NCBI GenBank assembly: GCA_016189905.1
Contig: JACPRP010000014.1
Coordinates: forward strand, 27,302-91,301
DNA length: 64,000 nt
Reading direction: 5' to 3'
Source of the DNA: Chloroflexota bacterium
GTDB lineage: Bacteria; Chloroflexota; UBA6077; FW602-bin22; JACPRP01
A program made the translations under genes and the position numbers. The notes beneath the pieces were generated by a model. That model saw nothing but the letters and a program-made list of their open reading frames with translations. It did not search any database and was not told the origin of the DNA. Shown in pieces: positions 53,899 through 62,234 of the stretch. Position 1 is the stretch's first letter, and each line of letters opens with the position of its first letter.

Positions 53899-56249
53899 TA
53901 GCGCACCTCCGACAGGACTCTGTCCTTCGCCTTCTGCTCATCCAGGGCCTTCAATACCTTCTCTGGAGTAATGGGAAGATCAGTCATCCACACCCCAATC
54001 GCGTTATGAATTGCGTTTACAATGGCCGGGATCGTCGACACCTGAGTTCCCTCACCCGATTCTTTAGCGCCAAATGCGCCAACCGGATCGAGTGTCTCAA
54101 TCGAATAAGAGATCATCTCCGGCATATCGCCAACGGTAGGCATCGCGTAGCTGGTGAAGTTACTGCTCAAGGTCTGACCGTCGTCCTCCACGCAGTGCTC
54201 ATAAATGGTATGGCCTACGCCCCCGCCAATTGATCCCTCGTGCTGTCCTTCAACCGCAAGCGGATTTAGCGCAAAACCGCAGTCGTGCGCCACGACCATC
54301 CTCGTGACGTTCACCTTGCCGGTCTCGGTGTCCACCTCTACCCACGCTGCCTGGGTGCCAAAGGTGTACGAGCCCGCGAGGTTACCGATGCCCTTCTCGA
54401 AATCGACCGGGTCGATCTCCTGGCCCCAGCTTCCCGACCCGATAACCGTCGTGCCCGCCCCGTGAGCCACCGTCAGACGTGCCAGGTCGCGGAAGCGCAT
54501 CGACTTGTCTGGAGCGCCCTTGACGAACACCTTTCGATCCCGCAGCTCGATGTCCTCAGGCTTGGCTTCGAGAAGCTCGGCCGCCACAGCCACAAGTTGG
54601 CGTCGCGCGTCCTCCGCAGCTATCCTCACGGCGTTGCCGGCGGTCGAGCTCACCCGACTGCCGAAGCTGCCCGGATCTACCGGAGTCACCGTGCTGTCGG
54701 TCTGAGGAACCACCACATCCTCGATCCTGGTCCCCAGCACCTCGGCCACGATCATAGCAAGCACGGTCTCGGATCCCTGCCCGCTGTCGGTAGACCCGGT
54801 CATAAGGGATACCGTTCCATCTTCGTGGACCTTGATCACCGCCGAACAGCAGTTGTGCCCGCGCAGACGAACCCCTGAGCAAAAAGAGTTGCAGGCGATT
54901 CCCACACCTTTGGCGATGCGCCCAGTGGGCTCCTCGGCCTTCTCAGGCCAGGAGCGAAACTCCTTCTCCCAATCGACCGCCTTCAGAGCCTCGTCGATGC
55001 TCTCCTGCAGCCCGCAGCTTGTGACCTTCATTCCGTTCGGCGTGGTGTAGCCCGTGTAGGCTGAGTTCCTTCGACGAATCTCCACCGGATCGATTCCCAG
55101 GTCCTCGGCGATCATATCGATCTGCACATCGGCCGCGTAGCGGATCTGCTGGATTCCGTTGCCTCTTTGAGCCACAGACACTGGCCGGTTTGTGTAGACC
55201 CGCTTGCCATCGAATCTCACGTTGGGAACAACGTAGGGGAGATTCATAAAATAGAAAGCGTTCGCGATCGTCGTGGGGCCAATCGCCGTTCCAGCCCCGC
55301 CGTCCGCGATTATGCGGCATTCGCAGGCGAGTAGCGTCCCGTCCTTCTTGACCCCGGTCTTCAGCCAGACGATCATGGGGTGCCGTCTCCGCTGCGCCGT
55401 GAGCACCTCTTCCTGAGTCAGTGTCAGTTTAACTGGCCTGCCGGTTTTCTTCGAGAGCATCACCGCAGCGAAATCGAGCGCATACGAGCCGTTCTTCCCC
55501 CCATAGCCCCCGCCAATGTATGGCTGAACCACTCGAACGTTGCTAAGAGGCACGTCGAAGCAGTTCGCCAGATTACGATACAGGAAGTAAGGGCTTTGTT
55601 TTGAAGCCCAAACCGTGATGCGGTTCGGTGGCTCCCAGCTCGCGACAAGCGAGTTTGGCTCCATAAAGCCGTGCAAGACCGACTGGCTGTAGAAACGGTC
55701 CTCGCGAACGTAATCGGCATCCTTGAAAGCCGCGTCGACATCGCCGAACTCGGTATGCATATGAATGCTGATATTTCCCGGCTTGTCCGCGTGAATCTGC
55801 GGCGCTCCCTCGCGAAGCGCTGCCTCGGGATCGGTGACAGCCGGCAGAACCTCATACTCCACCTTTATTAGCTCGACAGCTTCCTGAGCGATATCCTCGT
55901 CGATAGCGGCAACCGCGGCGACTTCCTCGCCCACAAAGCGGGCCTTGTCCAGCGCCATCGGATACTCGTCCCTTGTATCCGGCCGCAGACCATATCTGAA
56001 CTTCCCAAAATCGGCACCCACCACGATTCCACGCACGCCAGGCAGCCTCTCGGCTTCGCTCGTATCTATGCTGAGAATCTTAGCGTGAGCATGTGGACTG
56101 CGCTTCAACTTTGCGTATAGCATTCCCGGCAGGACCAGATCATCGGCATAATTAGCTTTGCCGGTGGCCTTTACCGGCCCGTCTACCCTGGGCAACCGTT
56201 GGCCCAGAACTGAGTACTGTGGCACCCTGAATTCCCCCTCTCCTAGCAC
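53898..56249 (-). CDS. Xanthine-dehydrogenase-family Mo-hydroxylase 1, molybdopterin-binding large subunit
   Basis: 783 aa. GKANYADD…, VQPYIGGGYGGKNGS, …RGNG…, …GSFGSRV…, …FGAKESGEG…. Confidence 0.9.
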   Translation of the reverse strand: MLGEGEFRVPQYSVLGQRLPRVDGPVKATGKANYADDLVLPGMLYAKLKRSPHAHAKILSIDTSEAERLPGVRGIVVGADFGKFRYGLRPDTRDEYPMALDKARFVGEEVAAVAAIDEDIAQEAVELIKVEYEVLPAVTDPEAALREGAPQIHADKPGNISIHMHTEFGDVDAAFKDADYVREDRFYSQSVLHGFMEPNSLVASWEPPNRITVWASKQSPYFLYRNLANCFDVPLSNVRVVQPYIGGGYGGKNGSYALDFAAVMLSKKTGRPVKLTLTQEEVLTAQRRRHPMIVWLKTGVKKDGTLLACECRIIADGGAGTAIGPTTIANAFYFMNLPYVVPNVRFDGKRVYTNRPVSVAQRGNGIQQIRYAADVQIDMIAEDLGIDPVEIRRRNSAYTGYTTPNGMKVTSCGLQESIDEALKAVDWEKEFRSWPEKAEEPTGRIAKGVGIACNSFCSGVRLRGHNCCSAVIKVHEDGTVSLMTGSTDSGQGSETVLAMIVAEVLGTRIEDVVVPQTDSTVTPVDPGSFGSRVSSTAGNAVRIAAEDARRQLVAVAAELLEAKPEDIELRDRKVFVKGAPDKSMRFRDLARLTVAHGAGTTVIGSGSWGQEIDPVDFEKGIGNLAGSYTFGTQAAWVEVDTETGKVNVTRMVVAHDCGFALNPLAVEGQHEGSIGGGVGHTIYEHCVEDDGQTLSSNFTSYAMPTVGDMPEMISYSIETLDPVGAFGAKESGEGTQVSTIPAIVNAIHNAIGVWMTDLPITPEKVLKALDEQKAKDRVLSEVR

Positions 56250-56318
56250 GTGCTCGCCACTCTTGGGCCTAAGCTTTAGCGAAAGGCTTCGAGTACGGCC
56301 CGTCGATCGATATTGTCC

Positions 56319-56786
56319 TTAGTTTGCTTGCTCTCCGGCCGCTTCGATCGCGTCGAGTATCTTCACGTATCCTGTGCAGCGGCACAGATTGCCCCCGATG
56401 GCCTTTTTCACCTCTTCCCTGCTCGGCTTAGGATTCTCGTCCAGCAGCGCCTTCGCAGAAAGCACGAGACCAGGAGTGCAGTAGCCGCATTGGATTGCCC
56501 CTTTGTCGAGAAACGCCTGCTGTATTGGGTGTAGTCTGTCGCCGGTCGCCATGCCCTCGATCGTTTCGATGTTCTTGCCCTGGGCCTCTACTGCCAGCGT
56601 CAAACAAGACAATACTGCCCTGCCGTCGATGATAACCGTGCACGCGCCGCAATCGCCCGAGTCGCAGGCCTTCTTCGTTCCAGTGTAACCCAGGGTCTCG
56701 CGCAGCACCTCCAGCAACGTCCTCTGAGGCTCCACCACCACTTCGTGCACTACGCCATTGACATTCAGTTCGATGATACGCTTCAC
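56319..56786 (-). CDS. Xanthine-dehydrogenase-family Mo-hydroxylase 1, [2Fe-2S] small subunit
   Basis: CDSGDCGACTVIIDG (plant-type cluster) and CGYCTPG…CRCTGY (second cluster). Confidence 0.9.
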   Translation of the reverse strand: MKRIIELNVNGVVHEVVVEPQRTLLEVLRETLGYTGTKKACDSGDCGACTVIIDGRAVLSCLTLAVEAQGKNIETIEGMATGDRLHPIQQAFLDKGAIQCGYCTPGLVLSAKALLDENPKPSREEVKKAIGGNLCRCTGYVKILDAIEAAGEQAN

Positions 56787-56937
56787 TAATCAGTCACCTA
56801 CCTTCCATTGGTCGACCCTACTTCGTCGCCGTTCGTGTCTACACAATACAACTCGCTATCGACCTACCACGCTGATGACCGCGAGACCCCATCCGCGCGA
56901 GTCGATAACGCTCGTCTTTCATCGTTGGGGCACATCT

Positions 56938-56965
56938 ATTTTAGTCAGTCTCGACGTTTTGTCAA
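56938..56965 (-). promoter_or_regulatory. Putative promoter: TTGACA - 16 nt - TAAAAT (minus strand)
   Basis: Read directly from the reverse complement, about 150 nt upstream of the small-subunit start. Confidence 0.55.
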
Positions 56966-57226
56966 GGCATTGATTGGCATGACACGTCGCCTGACATGGT
57001 ATGCGTGCCTCGAAAACATTGTTACCGAAGATTACAGGCAATGTGACTCAGCCCGACAATTGCGGACAAATCCCTGAAGAGCTTCGCCAGAGGGGATCAG
57101 GTTGGCTGCGGATGGGAAAATCGGCGGCAGCCAGATTCATCTTTTACGTTTGCAGATGCTTCTGGCTACCGCCTGGCCCTCTTCTTATCCTGCTTTCACG
57201 TAGCGAATGCCGTGATAACAGGCCAC

Positions 57227-59542
57227 TTACTTCTGCGCCTTCTCTTTCGCCTTCTCTTTCAGGGCTTTGACTATCTTCTCCGGCGTTGCCGGCTGTTCTT
57301 TGATCCACACGCCCGCAGCATCGTGAATGGCGCAAATTACGGCCGGAGGCGTGCTCACGTGACTGGCCTCGCTGGCCTCCTTTGCTCCGTAGGGACCATC
57401 TGGATCATTCGTCTCGACGTCGATGAGCTTCATTTCCGGAATGTCGACAGAATGTGGCATCTTGTAGTCGACGAAGGTGGGATTCAGCGTCCTACCCTTA
57501 TCCATTATGAAGTCCTCGTATATCGCCTGTCCGAGTCCCTGAATGGCGCCCCCTTCGATCTGCCCTTCCGCTAGCAACGGATTCAGCATACGGCCGCAGT
57601 CGGATGCAATGGTGAAGCTCTGGGTGGTTAGCTGACCTGTCTCCAGGTCAACGCCCACCCTGGCAGTCTGTGCCGTGAAGCTGTAAGATACGCCAGCGTT
57701 ACCATAGCCTGATTCCATTCCTAATGGTTCCAGGCCATAGGTAGAGTAGCCAGTGCCCATGATAACCGCGCCCGTACCCGAATAGCAGGCGACCCTGGCC
57801 ATGCGATCGAATGGCATCTGCTTGTCTGGATCGGACGCGACGAATACCATACCGTCGCGAATGTCCACATCCTCGGGCTTGACTTTCCAGGTCTGCGCCG
57901 CCACTTCGACCAGTTGCTTCTTGACTTCCTGCGCAGCCTTCTGCACTGCCTGCCCGCCAAGCACCGTAACACGGCTCCCGTAGCTGCCCGGGTCTGCCGG
58001 AGTGTAGCTGGTGTCCACTTTCTGTGAGATCACGGCCGACACAGGAATGCCAAGCTCTTCAGCCGCGATCATCGCCAGCACCGTGTCAGATCCCTGCCCA
58101 CAGTCGGTGGCTCCGGTGATGAGGTTCACCGTGCCGTCCTCGCAGAGCCTGATGATCGCCGCGCATGCCTGGTGGCCCATCTGCCTGGCGCCGGTGAGAT
58201 ATGGGGCTCCAGAAACACCAACCCCCCAGGAAATATTCCCCTCTTTCTTGGGCAGCTCATTGCGCTCGTGCCAGTATGGCTCGGCTACCTGTCGGAAAGC
58301 CTCTTTCATCCCACAGGTCTTGAGCGTTACCCCGTTGATCGTCGTATACGTGGTGCCCGGCGCCGGGTTATCGATGGAATTCTTCATTCTGATCTCGAGC
58401 CGATCCATTCCCAGCTCGTCAGCGATCATATCCATCTGGCATTCCGCCGCAAAGCGGGTGTGCGTGACGCCGTGGCCTCTCATCGCCGCTCCCATCGGAT
58501 TGTTGGTGAAGACGCGGTAGCCGTCATACTTGAAGTTGTCCAGTTTGTACGGTAACGTCGTGCCAAAGCCAGCGAGGTACAGGCTGAGAGGCCCAACCGC
58601 GGTGTAGCCGCCGCCATCGGCGATAACCTTATGCTGTATCGCGGTTATGATGCCGTCTCGCGTAGCCCCCATCTTGCTGTAAGTGATCATATTGTGCCGT
58701 CTACGGCTGGTGGTAAGCTCCTCTTCCATCGACTCGACGTACTTCACCGGCTTGCCGGTCATCTTCGAGAGAAGCACGGCGCAGAAGTCGCCGGCCAGCG
58801 AATCGTTCTTGGTCCCCCCGAACCCGCCACCGATGTATGGCTGAATCACTCTTACTCGGCTCAACGGCAGCTTGAAGCACGCCGCCAGGTGCCTGTAGTG
58901 GAAATACGGGCTCTGCTTCGCCGCGCGGACTGTGATGTATCCCGAGGGATCATAATAGGCCAGCGTGGCCGGGGGCTCGATGTAGCCCTTGGTCGCACGG
59001 GACGTCGCGAACCTGTCTTCGCGGACGATGTAGGCATCGGCAAAAGCCTTCTCCACATCGCCAAAGTTCCAGTGATATTGCACGCTGATGTTGTTCTCCG
59101 CGTAATCGTGTACCGCGGGAGCCCCGTCCTTCATAGCTTCCTCGGGGTCGAAGACCCCAGGCAACTCCTCATACTCCACGTCGACGAGGTCGCAGGCCTC
59201 CTCGGCAGTGTCTTCGTCGATAGCGGCGATGCCGGCCACCGCTTCGGCCCAGTAGCGAACCTTATCCACCGCCACCGGAGGCTCATCTCTTGTCGCGGGC
59301 ATCCAGCCCCAGGTCCATCCGCCAAAGTCTTTGCCCGTGACGACGGCTTTTACCCCAGGGAGGCGCAGCGCCCGACTGGCATCGATATTCACGATGCGTG
59401 CGTGAGCATAAGGACTTCGCACCAGCTTGCACCAGAGCATGCCCGGAAGAGAGAAGTCGGCGGCGTAGCCGGCCTTGCCGGTGACCTTTTCCACGCCATC
59501 GACACGGGGTACTGATTTGCCAATTAAAGAGAACTCCGCCAT
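57227..59542 (-). CDS. Xanthine-dehydrogenase-family Mo-hydroxylase 2, molybdopterin-binding large subunit
   Basis: 771 aa. GKAGYAADF…, IQPYIGGGFGGTKND, …RGHG…, …GSYGSRV…, …YGAKEASEA…. Confidence 0.9.
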   Translation of the reverse strand: MAEFSLIGKSVPRVDGVEKVTGKAGYAADFSLPGMLWCKLVRSPYAHARIVNIDASRALRLPGVKAVVTGKDFGGWTWGWMPATRDEPPVAVDKVRYWAEAVAGIAAIDEDTAEEACDLVDVEYEELPGVFDPEEAMKDGAPAVHDYAENNISVQYHWNFGDVEKAFADAYIVREDRFATSRATKGYIEPPATLAYYDPSGYITVRAAKQSPYFHYRHLAACFKLPLSRVRVIQPYIGGGFGGTKNDSLAGDFCAVLLSKMTGKPVKYVESMEEELTTSRRRHNMITYSKMGATRDGIITAIQHKVIADGGGYTAVGPLSLYLAGFGTTLPYKLDNFKYDGYRVFTNNPMGAAMRGHGVTHTRFAAECQMDMIADELGMDRLEIRMKNSIDNPAPGTTYTTINGVTLKTCGMKEAFRQVAEPYWHERNELPKKEGNISWGVGVSGAPYLTGARQMGHQACAAIIRLCEDGTVNLITGATDCGQGSDTVLAMIAAEELGIPVSAVISQKVDTSYTPADPGSYGSRVTVLGGQAVQKAAQEVKKQLVEVAAQTWKVKPEDVDIRDGMVFVASDPDKQMPFDRMARVACYSGTGAVIMGTGYSTYGLEPLGMESGYGNAGVSYSFTAQTARVGVDLETGQLTTQSFTIASDCGRMLNPLLAEGQIEGGAIQGLGQAIYEDFIMDKGRTLNPTFVDYKMPHSVDIPEMKLIDVETNDPDGPYGAKEASEASHVSTPPAVICAIHDAAGVWIKEQPATPEKIVKALKEKAKEKAQK

Positions 59543-59544
59543 CG

Positions 59545-60036
59545 TTATGCGCCTCCCCTTCCGTCACTCGATGCAGCCATCGCGACTTTAGCAGCTCTGA
59601 TTGAATCGAATATCTTGGCGTAACCCGTGCACCGACACAGGTTACCAGATATTCCTTTCTTTATCTCGTCGTCAGTCGGATTCGGATTGTCGTCAAGCAT
59701 CACTTTGGTCGACATGATCATGCCTGGAGTGCAGAAACCGCACTGGAAGCCACCATTATCTATGAACGACTGCTGAATCGGATGAAGCCTCTCTGCCTGA
59801 GCCAGTCCTTCGATGGTGGTTATGCGCTTGCCGTTCGCCTCGGCGGCCAGCACGAGACAGGAGTTGACCGTCTTGCCATCCATAAGCACGCTGCACGCGC
59901 CACACTCGCCGAGACCGCAGCCTTCCTTGGTGCCGGTCATCTGCAGTTCTTCCCTGATAACTTCCAGGAGCGTCCGCCACGGCGCTACTTCTACCTCGTG
60001 CTGCACGCCGTTTATCTCGAGCTTGATACTCTTCAT
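59545..60036 (-). CDS. Xanthine-dehydrogenase-family Mo-hydroxylase 2, [2Fe-2S] small subunit
   Basis: Internal ATG (MKSIKLEINGVQHEV…) chosen at 60036. CGLGECGACSVLMDG and CGFCTPG…CRCTGY. Confidence 0.9.
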   Translation of the reverse strand: MKSIKLEINGVQHEVEVAPWRTLLEVIREELQMTGTKEGCGLGECGACSVLMDGKTVNSCLVLAAEANGKRITTIEGLAQAERLHPIQQSFIDNGGFQCGFCTPGMIMSTKVMLDDNPNPTDDEIKKGISGNLCRCTGYAKIFDSIRAAKVAMAASSDGRGGA

Positions 60037-60041
60037 CCTTA

Positions 60042-60956
60042 CTATGCCCCCTTTCCGAAGCCTTGAGCGGAAGCAGCTTCGTCCGACAGCAACTCTCTTA
60101 TGGCCCTTCTCGTCAAGACCCTGACCATATCGCGGCGATACTCGGCCGAGGCCCGATGATCGCTGATCGGTCGACATCCTTCCGCCGCCGCCTCCGCGAC
60201 CTGATCGATCAGCTCGTCGGAAAACTTGTTGCCCTTTAATATGCTTTCGGCCTGCGCGACCCTGATCGGCGTCGGGCTTACCGCTCCGAGAGCGATGCGC
60301 AAATCTTTGCAGATTCCGTTCTCTGGCGTAACCATCACGGCCACACCCACAACCGCCAGGTCCATCGCCCGTCGTGGCGTCAGCTTGATGTATTTGCCAC
60401 GGGAATTCGCTGGGGGATTCGGAATCTCGATGCCTGTGACGATTTCATCTGCGCTCAGAACTGTCTTGGTGGGACCGGTAAAAAAGTCTTGAATCGCCAC
60501 CGTCCTGGAACCCTTCTCGCTGACCACCGACACCTTCGCGTCGAGGGTCAGGAGGGACGGAGCCATATCGGCGGAGGGGACAGCGTTGCAGATGTTTCCA
60601 ACCACCGTCCCACGGTTTCTCACCTGTGGAGAAGCCATGCTCTCGGCCGCCTGAGCCAGCATAGGGAATGTCTCAAGGACAACATCCGAGCGCTCCACCG
60701 CGCGCACAGTTGCCAGAGGCCCTAGCTTCAGCCCGGCGCCATCATAACTGATGTAGTCCAGCCCGGATATCCCCTTCAGATCTACGATGTAATCGATGCC
60801 CTTCATCGCCCTTCTCTTCAGCTTGGGCACCACATCGCTTCCACCAGCAATCACCTTGGCGCTTCCCTGATAACGGGATAACAAGGCCAGCGCCTCCTCG
60901 ATTGACTGCGGAGCAAGATAATCGAACTTGGGTAGTCGCCTGTAGAATGTTACCAT
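60042..60956 (-). CDS. Xanthine-dehydrogenase-family Mo-hydroxylase 2, FAD-binding medium subunit
   Basis: FDYLAPQSIEEA…VIAGGSDVVPKLK and …TVVGNIC…. Confidence 0.85.
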   Translation of the reverse strand: MVTFYRRLPKFDYLAPQSIEEALALLSRYQGSAKVIAGGSDVVPKLKRRAMKGIDYIVDLKGISGLDYISYDGAGLKLGPLATVRAVERSDVVLETFPMLAQAAESMASPQVRNRGTVVGNICNAVPSADMAPSLLTLDAKVSVVSEKGSRTVAIQDFFTGPTKTVLSADEIVTGIEIPNPPANSRGKYIKLTPRRAMDLAVVGVAVMVTPENGICKDLRIALGAVSPTPIRVAQAESILKGNKFSDELIDQVAEAAAEGCRPISDHRASAEYRRDMVRVLTRRAIRELLSDEAASAQGFGKGA

Positions 60957-61010
60957 TCACACACTCCTCGTCTCGGATTTCTCGGGTTCCAAACGGTCAT
61001 CCGCCCTCAC

Positions 61011-61286
61011 TTATCCTCCTCCAAACGGAGTTATCTCCGCCATCACCATTACCTGGTCGCCATCATTAATCTTTGCGTCAAGGAGGTAGGTTTCTTTGCC
61101 ATTGATAATCACTGTGTGAACGTCTTCACCCAGTTTGTCGCCCCTCATAAGTTCCATGCTGCGGCACAGCTCCCCGATCTTGGAAAATAGATCTCTAACA
61201 GTGGCACTTTCCCCCGGGAGCTCTACCCGCGCTGGGGTGACAAACCTTCCGCACATTGTGATGTTCGAGTCTACTGTAATAACCAT
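61011..61286 (-). CDS. MoaD/ThiS-family ubiquitin-like beta-grasp protein ending in GGG
   Basis: 91 aa. C-terminus …NDGDQVMVMAEITPFGGG* matches the D.V.…P.GG signature of sulfur-carrier/Ubl proteins. It is the first gene of the Mo-hydroxylase 2 transcription unit. Confidence 0.6.
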   Translation of the reverse strand: MVITVDSNITMCGRFVTPARVELPGESATVRDLFSKIGELCRSMELMRGDKLGEDVHTVIINGKETYLLDAKINDGDQVMVMAEITPFGGG

Positions 61287-61393
61287 TAACCCTGCCCCAA
61301 ATACATCGTTGTAATTGCCTGTAGTCGATTCGCTGCAAGTTGTCTCAATTGCCCGCCCGGCACCTCCACCCTCCTTAGACGTAAGTCCCCGAC

Positions 61394-61422
61394 ATTCTAC
61401 ACCAAGTCCAATCGATATGCAA
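61394..61422 (-). promoter_or_regulatory. Putative promoter: TTGCAT - 17 nt - TAGAAT (minus strand)
   Basis: Read directly, about 105 nt upstream of the MoaD-like start. Confidence 0.5.
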
Positions 61423-61487
61423 GATTGTCTGCGCGCGCAACGCGCAGAAAAACATTCGAATGGTTGGCTACCAGACGATGAGAAACC

Positions 61488-61517
61488 GGGCTGACAAGAG
61501 CGCGCTTTTGTCAGCCC
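61488..61517 (-). terminator. Hairpin terminator (GGGCTGACAA / TTGTCAGCCC) abutting the stop codon
   Basis: A 10-bp perfect stem begins immediately after the TAA of the hydrolase gene. On the minus strand it is followed by GGTTTCTCAT. Confidence 0.5.
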
Positions 61518-62234
61518 TTATTCTTGCCCGCTCACGTACTCGATCGCCTCGGCAAGCGTGATAACCGTCGCGTATTTCGCGTTCATCTCGTACAGGCTCA
61601 CGAGGTGTGACATCTCCGCCCGGTCGAAGACGCCTTCTTCGACCACGAACGTGTGGAAACCATGGGAACAGGCATCTACCGCCGTTGCCCGGACGCACCC
61701 AGAAGTTACACACCCCGTCAACAGCACCGTGTCCACACCTTGCTGTCGCAGGTATATGGCGAGGGGCGTGGAAAAGAAGGCTGATGCGCGGGATTTCTCG
61801 AGCACCCATTCACCCGGTAGCGGCGCTATCAAATCGGGAATCTCCTGTCCCCGCCTTTGCATCTCTGAGTTCCACGCGTCTTCGTCCTGGACATCAGGCT
61901 GGGGACCAAGCCTCGCTGCACCGCCGAGAAACCTCTTCGTCGCCAGGTTGCCTCGCGTATACACCACGGGTCTCTGTTTCTCCCGGCACACACTCAACAG
62001 ATTCTTTATGTTCGGCAGCGCGGCCCACCCTACATCGCCGCAACTGGTCGCGAACTCTTCAACCGATTGCAGCACATCCGCCGGTTTTTGGCCGATGAAG
62101 CCGTATGTCACGTCGATAACCAGGAGCGCTGGATTTTGACCGAAAGCCTGACGTTTTCCATGGCCGCCTTTTTCGTAGATCGCTCGCTCTCGCTCTGGCA
62201 AAACATTGCGCCAGCTCGTCATTTGTCCCTCCAT
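61518..62234 (-). CDS. Isochorismatase-family cysteine hydrolase (nicotinamidase / maleamate amidohydrolase / N-carbamoylsarcosine amidase-like)
   Basis: ALLVIDVTYGF (Asp) and LLTGCVTSGCVRATAVDA (nucleophilic Cys). Its ATG abuts the stop of the upstream UbiD-family gene. Confidence 0.85.
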   Translation of the reverse strand: MEGQMTSWRNVLPERERAIYEKGGHGKRQAFGQNPALLVIDVTYGFIGQKPADVLQSVEEFATSCGDVGWAALPNIKNLLSVCREKQRPVVYTRGNLATKRFLGGAARLGPQPDVQDEDAWNSEMQRRGQEIPDLIAPLPGEWVLEKSRASAFFSTPLAIYLRQQGVDTVLLTGCVTSGCVRATAVDACSHGFHTFVVEEGVFDRAEMSHLVSLYEMNAKYATVITLAEAIEYVSGQE

